From the NCBI GenBank assembly GCA_028819235.1, contig JAPPMC010000172.1, positions 21,366 to 85,365 of the forward strand: a stretch of 64,000 nucleotides of DNA, read 5' to 3'. The notes beneath the pieces were generated by a model, which was not told where the DNA came from, made no database searches, and was given only the letters and a program-made list of their open reading frames with translations. Position numbers and translations under genes: made by a program. How positions within the stretch are numbered: position 1 is the stretch's first letter; each line of letters begins with the position of its first letter. This document shows positions 37,437 to 45,024 of the stretch, piece by piece. The DNA comes from Bryobacterales bacterium (lineage in GTDB: Bacteria; Acidobacteriota; Terriglobia; Bryobacterales; UBA6623).

Positions 37437-38936
37437 TCAGCCGCCGGGGACGGCCAGTAGCGCGACGTTGCCCGCGCGCTCGACAATCTGCGCGACGGTG
37501 GCGGTCATGGTCTCCACCAGTGGCGCGGGAAACACGCCCACTACGAGAACGATCACTGCCAGCGGCAGCAGAGTGGCGATCTCACGGCGCGTCATGTCCG
37601 GAAGCGAAGCCGCAATGGAGTTGCCAGGACGCCCCAAGACGACGCGCTGGAAGGTCCAGAGCATGTAGCCCGCCGCCAGCACGATCCCGCCCATGGAGAG
37701 AACGACCATCAGCAGGCTTCCATAAGAGGTTCCGACGAGCACCAGAAACTCGCCCACGAAATTCGCCGTGCCCGGCAATCCGAACGATGCGACGCAGAAT
37801 ATGCAGAAGAAGACTGCAAACCGCGGCATGGGCCTGTGGAGTCCCCCGTACGAGGCGATCTGCCGGTCGTGTGTCCGGTCGTATAGCAGGCCGGCGGCAA
37901 GGAAGAGCGCTCCGGTGGTGACCCCGTGGGTGAACATCTGCAGGATCGACCCCTGAATCCCCTCTTCATTGAAGGCAAAGATGCCCAACGTAACGAATCC
38001 CATGTGAGAGATGGACGAGTAGGCGATCAGCTTCTTCAGGTCAGACTGAGCGAGAGCCAGGCATCCTCCGTACAAGATGGCCACGATGGATGCCCACAGG
38101 ATGTACTTGGAGTATATGGCCGAGACCTCAGGCAGGATGGGCAGGCAGAAGCGGAGGAACCCGTAGCCACCCATCTTGAGCAGGATTCCCGCAAGGATCA
38201 CGCTGCCGGCCGTCGGGGCCTCGGAGTGCGCATCGGGCAGCCAAGAATGGAAGGGCACCATCGGGAGCTTGATTGCGAATCCCAAGACCAGTGCCAGAAA
38301 GATCCAGTGCTGGGCGCCTTCCTCGATCGTTGCTGCCGCCATGGCCTGAATGTCGAAGGTGCCTCCAGCCTGCATGTGGAGCCCGAGCAGGCCGACCAGG
38401 AGCAGGAGGCTGCCGGTCAGGCTGTACAGCACGAACTTCAGCCCGGCGGCAATCCGCTTCGGTCCGCCCCAGATCACGATCATGAAGTACATCGGCACCA
38501 TCGTGACTTCCCATAGCATGAAGAACAGGAAGGCGTCCATGGCCGCGAAGACCAGCAGCATGGAGCCCTCCGCGAGCAGGATCAAGCTCAGGTACGCCTT
38601 CACTTTCGTCGTGATCGAGCTCCAGGATGCCAGCACCGACAGCGGAGTAAGTATCGTCGTTAGCAGCACCAAGAGCATGCTCAGGCCGTCCAGCCCGACC
38701 GCGAACTCCACGTTGAAGGTCGGCATCCAAGCGGCCCTCCGAACGAACTGCATGCCGGATACAGCGGGATCGAATGCCTGCCACAGCGCCAGGGAAAGGG
38801 CCAAGCTCACAAGCGAACTCGCCATTGCCCAGTACCGGGCCCATTGGTCCCGCCGTGCCAGTACCACAGCGAGGATTCCCAAGAAGGGAACCGCGATCAG
38901 CGGGACCAGCAGGTTCTCGGAAACAAAAGACGGCAT
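37437..38936 (-). CDS. NuoM/NdhD-type proton-conducting antiporter-like membrane subunit (Proton_antipo_M family)
   Basis: 499 aa and polytopic. NuoM-type signature HSWLPDAHSEAPTAGSVILAGILLKMGGYGFLRF. It starts 18 nt after the NuoL-like gene. Confidence 0.9.
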   Translation of the reverse strand: MPSFVSENLLVPLIAVPFLGILAVVLARRDQWARYWAMASSLVSLALSLALWQAFDPAVSGMQFVRRAAWMPTFNVEFAVGLDGLSMLLVLLTTILTPLSVLASWSSITTKVKAYLSLILLAEGSMLLVFAAMDAFLFFMLWEVTMVPMYFMIVIWGGPKRIAAGLKFVLYSLTGSLLLLVGLLGLHMQAGGTFDIQAMAAATIEEGAQHWIFLALVLGFAIKLPMVPFHSWLPDAHSEAPTAGSVILAGILLKMGGYGFLRFCLPILPEVSAIYSKYILWASIVAILYGGCLALAQSDLKKLIAYSSISHMGFVTLGIFAFNEEGIQGSILQMFTHGVTTGALFLAAGLLYDRTHDRQIASYGGLHRPMPRFAVFFCIFCVASFGLPGTANFVGEFLVLVGTSYGSLLMVVLSMGGIVLAAGYMLWTFQRVVLGRPGNSIAASLPDMTRREIATLLPLAVIVLVVGVFPAPLVETMTATVAQIVERAGNVALLAVPGG

Positions 38937-38954
38937 GATCGGATCCCTTCTCTT

Positions 38955-41003
38955 CTACCCTGCAATCCACCAGTAAGCAAGCCCTATCACCAGAACCAGC
39001 CCGCACACGGCGATCAGCAGGTTCGAGCGAACCGTCCGAGGTTCCCTGCGCTGCAGCGCCCGCGCCGAGGCGACGGCAGCGAAGGCCGCCCGCTGGCCCG
39101 CGGAATCGACCCCCCGCAAGTCGATGATCCGAAACTGCCATGCCGATATGCCAATGGCGAGACTTGCCAGTCGCTGGATCGTGCCTTCGATAACGGCCTC
39201 CTCCAGCCGACGGCGCATCCCGCCCGAGAGGCGCAGCGTAAGGCGCACAGCGCCAGCCCGAAGGAGGACTTGCTCCAAGAAGATGGCCTCGACATAGTGG
39301 CGCAACCAGACCGCCATGCGGAGCAAGGGCCGCACCACGCAGGCGCGGTGAAGTTCGTCGATGTAGAGCTGGTTCAAGAACAGGACATACAGACGCATCA
39401 CCCACGGACGCTGCTGTAGCGGCTTGGCCACAGGGCGCCGATGTCGCACGTGCGCAAGCAACCATCCCGCCAACGCGGTGGCAAGTGCCACGCCCAATCC
39501 GGTCGAAATGCCCGCCGCGCGCGGAGGCGCAGATAGGCCCCCTTGTCCCACAACGGGGCCCAAGAACTCGGTGAAGCGGGACCACAGTGGCAGCATCAGC
39601 GCGGCGCCGCCTAGCGTCATCAATGCAACGACCGGCAGCTTGTTGGCCGCGAACAGCTTCGGAGCGGCGCCAGCCACACGAGGGGAAAACAGGCGCTGCA
39701 CGGCGCGATACGTGTAGCTGGCCGTGGTGAAGACCGCCAGGAGTGCGATGACCCAGAATGCGGCCCTCGCGCCTTCGGTGTGCTGCGCCGTCCACAGCCG
39801 CTCGTACGGACCCGTGAACAGCAGCAGCGGCGGAATGCAGGCCAAGACGAGAGCGCCGACGGCCAGCCTTCGCGAGCCGGATTCACCGTCCATCGCCGTC
39901 CCGTGCCCATGACTTGCCTGCCAGAGCGAGTTGCCGGTAGACAGGAACAGGAAGCCTTTCAGGAAGCCATGGGCCACAAGATGGAAGACCGCGGCCGTGA
40001 AAGCGCCCACCCCACAGGCGAAAACCATGAAGCCGATCTGGCTGATCGTCGAATAGGCCAACAGGCGCTTGATGTCGGACTGCGTAAGGGAAACCAAGGC
40101 TCCGTAGAGTGCTGTAGCCGCCCCGACTACGGCAATGGCCACCATCGCCGACGGGGCGAGCATCACAAGCGGACTCAGCCGGATGAGCAGGAATGGCCCG
40201 GCATTGACCATGGTTGCCGCATGAATCAGCGCTGAGACCGGCGTCGGAGCTTCCATGGCGTACGGCAGCCAGACGTGTAGCGGAAACTGCGCGGACTTCC
40301 CCATCGCCCCGCTCAGCAGACAAAGCGTGATGAGTGTGTTGCGACCGATTTCAACCCCGAGCAGACTGATGGTCTCTCCTGACATGCTCGCGGCCTGCGC
40401 CAGGATCTCGCGGATGTCGAGCGTCCCGTAGGTCGCGAAGGCAAGTACGACGCCGAAGCCCAACCCCACGTCGGCGACGGCGTTGACCAAGAACGACTTT
40501 GTGGCCGCCCGCGCGGCCGCCACGCGGCCGGCCCAGTGCGAGATCAGCAGATACGAGCAGATCCCCATCAGTTCCCAGCACATGTAGGTGACCAGCAGGT
40601 TGTTGCTGAGGACAAGCAGAGCCATGGCCCCCGTGAAGAGACCGATCAGGGCAAAGAACCGCCGGTACCGCGGATCTCCAATCATGTAGCGTGCCGAATA
40701 CACGTGGACGATGAAGCTGACCCCCGTCACCAGCACGAGCACGACTGCGGCCAGTTGGTCGAGCCACAAGCCAACCACGATGCGAAGGGAACCCACCTGC
40801 AGCAGTTCGTAGACCGGAATCTCCAAGGGGCCGTGGCCTGCAATCTGGAAGAGGCCCGCGACCGAGAGAACGAAGGAGCCCCCGACGGCGGGAATGCCGA
40901 CCAGGTGTGACCGGTCACCGATCGACCGGCCCGCCAGCGGCAGGAACAAGAATGCGGCCAGGGGCAATCCTGGGATGAGGGCGTAGGGCAACATGGCTAT
41001 CAA
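38955..41003 (-). CDS. NuoL/MrpA/DabB-type antiporter-like membrane subunit with long C-terminal extension
   Basis: 682 aa. NuoL/MrpA-type blocks (WELMGICSYLLISHW, KSAQFPLHVWLPYAMEAPTPVSALIHAATMVNAGPFLLIRL). The C-terminal ~150 aa are largely non-hydrophobic and Arg/Ala/Leu-rich (FLNQLYIDELHRA...), ending in one hydrophobic helix (NLLIAVCGLVLVIGLAYWWIAG). Confidence 0.9.
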   Translation of the reverse strand: MIAMLPYALIPGLPLAAFLFLPLAGRSIGDRSHLVGIPAVGGSFVLSVAGLFQIAGHGPLEIPVYELLQVGSLRIVVGLWLDQLAAVVLVLVTGVSFIVHVYSARYMIGDPRYRRFFALIGLFTGAMALLVLSNNLLVTYMCWELMGICSYLLISHWAGRVAAARAATKSFLVNAVADVGLGFGVVLAFATYGTLDIREILAQAASMSGETISLLGVEIGRNTLITLCLLSGAMGKSAQFPLHVWLPYAMEAPTPVSALIHAATMVNAGPFLLIRLSPLVMLAPSAMVAIAVVGAATALYGALVSLTQSDIKRLLAYSTISQIGFMVFACGVGAFTAAVFHLVAHGFLKGFLFLSTGNSLWQASHGHGTAMDGESGSRRLAVGALVLACIPPLLLFTGPYERLWTAQHTEGARAAFWVIALLAVFTTASYTYRAVQRLFSPRVAGAAPKLFAANKLPVVALMTLGGAALMLPLWSRFTEFLGPVVGQGGLSAPPRAAGISTGLGVALATALAGWLLAHVRHRRPVAKPLQQRPWVMRLYVLFLNQLYIDELHRACVVRPLLRMAVWLRHYVEAIFLEQVLLRAGAVRLTLRLSGGMRRRLEEAVIEGTIQRLASLAIGISAWQFRIIDLRGVDSAGQRAAFAAVASARALQRREPRTVRSNLLIAVCGLVLVIGLAYWWIAG

Positions 41004-41112
41004 CGCGCTTCCTGGGCAGATGGACTGCGCCCGACGCGACCATCCCGATCAGGCGCGAAGAGGGCCTGACCGGCAAGTGCCAAGAGCAAGAACGGCCCAC
41101 TGCCTGCCAAGG

Positions 41113-42579
41113 TCACGGCCCTCCAACCACCCGCAAGAACGCCGACATCAAGCCGTCGCCGAAGATCCCCAGGCCCAAGACCAAGCCCGCCGGGACGGCC
41201 ATGCTCAGCCGCACCGGCCACCCCAAGGCCCCGCGCAGCTCACCCGTGCGGGAGGCCTGCTGGGAGCGGAAGATCCTCTCAAGGACGGGGGCGAAATACC
41301 CCAGCGTCAGCAGAGAAGTCAACACCAGAGCCCCTGCTGCGAATGGATTGCCGGCCTCCATCGTCCCCAGCAGGATGTTCCACTTGCCGACGAACCCGCC
41401 TGTCGGCGGAATGCCCACCATCCCAACCGCCGCGATCACCAACGGGGCGATGACCCACGGATTCCGAATCTGGGCCCCGGCGATGTCGTCGATCGCTCGG
41501 ACCCCGTAGCGCCACGCGGCCACACCGGCGAAGATGAACAACCCGGCCTGCATCACCGCGTCGTTGACCAAGTAGTACAGTGCTCCGGCGGTGGCCTTGG
41601 TGCTGGATTGCCCAAGGCCGACCATGACAAGCCCCACGTGCGCAATGCCGCCATAGGCGAAGATCCGCTTGATCTCCGTCTGACGAATGGCTAGCAGGGC
41701 CCCGCCCACGGAAGCGACGATCCCCAAGCCTGAGACGACGGCATAGAGAATCTGCTCCGCGCCTGCATTTGCGGGGATGATCCCCCACAGCAGGATGCGG
41801 GCCCAAACCAAGATCGCCGTCTTCGTCACGAGCGCGGCGAGCAACGGAGCGGCCGAGTTCGGGGCGTGCGCATAGGCGTCGGGGAGCCAAGCGTGCACAG
41901 GCAGGAGGGCCATCTTGATGGCAAGACCGATGAGAATGAACGCAATGCCCCCGGCAGCCGCCTTCGACTCGAGCAAGCCCGGCAGGCGCTGAGCTAGGTC
42001 GGCGATATTCAGAGTGCCCGTCAGGGCGTAGAAATACGCCACTCCCAGCAGGTAGAACGCGGTTGCCAGCGCACCAATCATCAGGTACCGGAACGCCGAC
42101 AGCAATGCCCTGCCCCCGGGCACAGCGACCAACGCGTAGGAAGCCAGCGAGACCACTTCCAAGAACACGAAGATGTTGAACAGATCGCCGGCGTAGATTA
42201 CGCCGACAACTCCGGCGAGCAGCAGCAATACGGTCGTGTGGTACGGGACTGTTCGTCCCGCCAGCGAAGCCTCGCCCAGCGGCCCTGAGAATCCGAGGAC
42301 CAACAGCCCCACAAGGCTCGCAATAGCCGCCATCGTCGCCGACACCTCGTCGGCGACCCACTCGATGCCGAGCGGAGCCTGCCAGCCGCCGACCGCGTAG
42401 CGGACGGGTCCGAACGCCACCACGGAGCAGAGGCTGGCAATCGCCAGCAACGTCATCGCGACGGCCGCCGCCGCTGTAAGAGGCCGGCAGGCGGACCGCT
42501 TCCAGTGCCCGACCACGGGCATAGACACTGCGGCCGCCAAGGGGACCAAGAAGACCAAGGCCGGGAGAGACTCGGTCAC
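41113..42579 (-). CDS. mrpD: MrpD/MnhD (NuoN-like) antiporter-like membrane subunit
   Basis: 488 aa and polytopic. Block ALLPVHAWLPDAYAHAPNSAAPLLAALVTKTAILVWARIL. The GTG start overlaps the mrpC stop (GTGA at 42576-42579). Confidence 0.9.
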   Translation of the reverse strand: MTESLPALVFLVPLAAAVSMPVVGHWKRSACRPLTAAAAVAMTLLAIASLCSVVAFGPVRYAVGGWQAPLGIEWVADEVSATMAAIASLVGLLVLGFSGPLGEASLAGRTVPYHTTVLLLLAGVVGVIYAGDLFNIFVFLEVVSLASYALVAVPGGRALLSAFRYLMIGALATAFYLLGVAYFYALTGTLNIADLAQRLPGLLESKAAAGGIAFILIGLAIKMALLPVHAWLPDAYAHAPNSAAPLLAALVTKTAILVWARILLWGIIPANAGAEQILYAVVSGLGIVASVGGALLAIRQTEIKRIFAYGGIAHVGLVMVGLGQSSTKATAGALYYLVNDAVMQAGLFIFAGVAAWRYGVRAIDDIAGAQIRNPWVIAPLVIAAVGMVGIPPTGGFVGKWNILLGTMEAGNPFAAGALVLTSLLTLGYFAPVLERIFRSQQASRTGELRGALGWPVRLSMAVPAGLVLGLGIFGDGLMSAFLRVVGGP

Positions 42580-42953
42580 TGCAGCTTCTCCAAGATTGCT
42601 TCCTCATCGAAGCTGCCGAACCGCTTGTTGATCGCCGACACGATGCCCAACGAGACGCCCAGGGTGGCGACCTGCACGACGATCGCGGTCAGCGTTAGCA
42701 CGTGGGGCAATGGATTGACGAAGGCCTCGGCCTGGACCGGTCGGGACGGATCCAGCAGCACCGGGACGGTCGCCCCTTCCTTCGCGCTGATCGTCACGAA
42801 GTAGAAGATCACGCTGTTCTGGACCAGGTACAGACCGATGAGCTTCTTGATCAGATTGGGGTGGCTCACGCAGATGTAGAGGCCGGCCAGCAGGAGCAGG
42901 ATGAAGGTGACGAAATTGGGCCGCTGGATGGCCGCGTCCAGCAGCTCAGGCAT
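42576..42953 (-). CDS. mrpC: MrpC/MnhC (NuoK-like) subunit
   Basis: About 125 aa. MPELLDAAIQRPNFVTFILLLLAGLYICVSHPNLIKKLIGLYLVQNSVIFYFV... matches the MnhC/NuoK pattern (3 TM; L.K.iiGl.i....v.l). Start at the ATG at 42953, overlapping the mrpB stop by 8 nt. Confidence 0.85.
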   Translation of the reverse strand: MPELLDAAIQRPNFVTFILLLLAGLYICVSHPNLIKKLIGLYLVQNSVIFYFVTISAKEGATVPVLLDPSRPVQAEAFVNPLPHVLTLTAIVVQVATLGVSLGIVSAINKRFGSFDEEAILEKLQ

Positions 42954-43398
42954 GCTCGTCTCCTGTCTCACCAGCCCGCCACAGGCTGAACACGATCGAG
43001 ACCGAGGCAACGGCGATGTCAATTCCGACGCCAGCCTGGGTAAGCAGGATCGCCACATGGCGCCGTTCGGCCTCGTCCAGGCCTGGAATGACCAGTCCCG
43101 AATAATCCAGGTACGCTCCGCCCCCGATCAGGCACAGCCCGCCGATCCCCGCAAAGAGCAGCAGGCCGACACCGTCGCTGGCAAGGAGCCGCTCGGCCGC
43201 GTGCCGGGTCTCCCCCTGATCCCCGAAGACCAGCAGGTCCACCACCACGCTGGCGGCGAACATGACCCCAGCCACAAAGCCCCCTCCCGGGCCGTACTGA
43301 CCGAAGAACAGCACGTAGACGGCGAAGATCTGCACCATCGGCACCAGCAGCCGCACCGTGCGGCGGCAGATGAGACTGTCGTACGGCGGCTGGATCAT
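42946..43398 (-). CDS. mrpB: MnhB/MrpB domain subunit
   Basis: About 150 aa. RTVRLLVPMVQIFAVYVLFFGQYGPGGGFVAGVMFAASVVVDLLVFG is the MnhB-domain hallmark (G...PGGGF.gG). The ATG at 43398 overlaps the upstream stop (ATGA). Confidence 0.8.
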   Translation of the reverse strand: MIQPPYDSLICRRTVRLLVPMVQIFAVYVLFFGQYGPGGGFVAGVMFAASVVVDLLVFGDQGETRHAAERLLASDGVGLLLFAGIGGLCLIGGGAYLDYSGLVIPGLDEAERRHVAILLTQAGVGIDIAVASVSIVFSLWRAGETGDEHA

Positions 43399-43925
43399 TC
43401 CGAGTCCCTCCTCAGCAGGAGCCAACACGCGATCCCAGATGTGAAGACGACGACCGTCTCGATGAGCGTGTCGAGGGCGCGGTAGTCCATCAGCACTGCC
43501 GTCACGATGTTCGTCGTTTGGGTCTCGGCATACGCCCTCGTGAGGTACTCGGGCGACACGTGGACACTGGCAGGCGCCTGAGGATCGCCGAGTTGGGGCA
43601 GGTCGTTCGCCGCGTAGAGCAGCAGCCCCGCCAGCACGGGCAGCACGACTACGGCCGCCAGCGGAGGGGACGCCCTTCGGAACCGTATGCCGCCCCGACC
43701 AGCGTTGAAGAGGGTCAGCAGGAAGAAGACCGTCGCCAACCCGGCACCAACAACCGCCTCAACGAACGCAACGTCGACGGCCCCCAGCCAGGCCCAAACC
43801 AGCGCCAGAAAGAAGCTGTACGAACCCAGAAGCAGCACTGCGCTGAGGAGATCCTTGGCTACGATTGCGGCACCTGCGGTCAGCAGCAGCAGAAGCAGGA
43901 GCGGCAGCTCGAAGGAATACGTCAT
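43395..43925 (-). CDS. DUF4040/MbhD-MbhE-like subunit (equivalent to the MrpA C-terminal domain)
   Basis: 176 aa. The hydrophobic N-half (LLSAVLLLGSYSFFLALVWAWLGAVDVAFVEAVVGAGLATVFFLL) and C-half (TNIVTAVLMDYRALDTLIETVVVFTSGIA) match the MbhD/MbhE-type pattern (V.ail.dyRg.DTl.E). The ATG overlaps the mrpG stop (ATGA). Confidence 0.8.
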   Translation of the reverse strand: MTYSFELPLLLLLLLTAGAAIVAKDLLSAVLLLGSYSFFLALVWAWLGAVDVAFVEAVVGAGLATVFFLLTLFNAGRGGIRFRRASPPLAAVVVLPVLAGLLLYAANDLPQLGDPQAPASVHVSPEYLTRAYAETQTTNIVTAVLMDYRALDTLIETVVVFTSGIACWLLLRRDSE

Positions 43926-44221
43926 CGACGGTCCTCCGCCACCGGTCGATGGCCGGTCCGCAGCGCCGCCCTGACAGTCGCGTGGGCAATGACTGGATTC
44001 AGCAGGTACAGCAGGGCCAGCACGACCAGGATACGGAGGGTGCTCGTGCTCATGCCATGGTGGACCGCCAGTCCGAGCAGTAGGAAGAACGCCCCCAGCG
44101 AGTCGGTGAGCGATACCGCGTGCGCCCTCGTGTAGACATCCGGGAGCCGCACCATGCCAATGGCTGCGACGATCAGGAAGAACAGGCCAGTCCCAACCAG
44201 CAGCGTGACTACCAGTGACAT
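43922..44221 (-). CDS. mrpG: MrpG/MnhG subunit
   Basis: 99 aa. LFFLIVAAIGMVRLPDVYTRAHAVSLTDSLGAFFLLLGLAV is the MnhG/PhaG signature (G..Rl.D.y.R.Ha..k..tlG). Its ATG abuts the mrpF stop (TAGATG). Confidence 0.85.
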   Translation of the reverse strand: MSLVVTLLVGTGLFFLIVAAIGMVRLPDVYTRAHAVSLTDSLGAFFLLLGLAVHHGMSTSTLRILVVLALLYLLNPVIAHATVRAALRTGHRPVAEDRR

Positions 44222-44488
44222 CTAGCGAGCCCCCCTCTGTTCCAGGTACTTCGCGATCGCCAGTGCTCCGACCAAGTTCAGCAAGGCATAGCCAGTGGAG
44301 ATGTCCACGAAGACTTCCACCCTGTCATAGACCGTGCCGATGACCACCACGAGGATGATGGCCTTGGTGGAGATGCCATTCAGCCCGAGCATGCGATCGA
44401 ATATTGTCGGTCCGCGCACGACCCTATACAGATAGAGCACGATCAGCACAGCAAGGACGTTGAGCACAAGCAGCAGCGATAGGTTCAC
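44222..44488 (-). CDS. mrpF: MrpF/MnhF subunit
   Basis: 88 aa. LYRVVRGPTIFDRMLGLNGISTKAIILVVVIG is the MrpF/PhaF signature (R...GPt..DR..a.d....). The GTG start overlaps the mrpE stop (GTGA at 44485-44488). Confidence 0.85.
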   Translation of the reverse strand: MNLSLLLVLNVLAVLIVLYLYRVVRGPTIFDRMLGLNGISTKAIILVVVIGTVYDRVEVFVDISTGYALLNLVGALAIAKYLEQRGAR

Positions 44489-45024
44489 GATCGGCCCCCT
44501 TGTGCACGGAAGACCCCGGCAACGCGGTGCTCCAGCTTCTTGGCGGAGGCGACTGCGCCCTTCTCACCGTCGATGGCATGCACGATAAGGCCCTCGCGCG
44601 AGGCCTCAACCGTGACGGTTCCCGGCGTCAGGGTGATCGAGTTCCCCAGCAGCAGGATCGCCCTGTCGTCATCGAGACCTGTCTTGTGCCGGATCAGGAC
44701 CGGGCGGATCGGAAGTCTCGGATGGAGGATGAGGTACGCGACGCGCAGGCCACTGACGATGATCTGCCCGCACAGCCATGGGAAGTAGAGCAACGCGTGC
44801 GCCCAGCGCACGGGCCGGCCGGAAGCCGGCCGTGCCCCGAAGTTGATCACGGCCACGCCCAGCGCTGCCAGCAGACCCACCAACAAGTGGACCGGTTCGG
44901 CACTCTCCGACACCAACAGCCAGAGGGCGAACAGGACCGCAGCCCAGAACAAGGCTCGGCGCGTGAGTTGGTTCCTCACGGCGTCACGCGGCCTCCGAAA
45001 ACTCCAGCGGTTCCCAAGTCGCAT
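44485..45024 (-). CDS. mrpE: MrpE/MnhE subunit
   Basis: MnhE-like: LFWAAVLFALWLLVSES...HLLVGLLAALGVAV, then PGTVTVEASREGLIVHAID (typical PGT...d......l.vH.ld). The ATG at 45024 would overlap dabA by 41 nt. An in-frame GTG at 44979, 4 nt after the dabA stop, is an equally plausible start. Confidence 0.8.
   Translation of the reverse strand: MRLGNRWSFRRPRDAVRNQLTRRALFWAAVLFALWLLVSESAEPVHLLVGLLAALGVAVINFGARPASGRPVRWAHALLYFPWLCGQIIVSGLRVAYLILHPRLPIRPVLIRHKTGLDDDRAILLLGNSITLTPGTVTVEASREGLIVHAIDGEKGAVASAKKLEHRVAGVFRAQGGRS

Noticed and set aside
38128-39795. A 555-aa minus-strand ORF in an alternate frame across the NuoM-like and NuoL-like genes, and similarly the 442-aa ORF at 41279-42607 across mrpD.
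   Set aside because: Both are Arg/Gly/Pro/Ala-rich with no motifs. They fully overlap genes that carry strong family signatures. This is a typical high-GC alternate-frame artefact.
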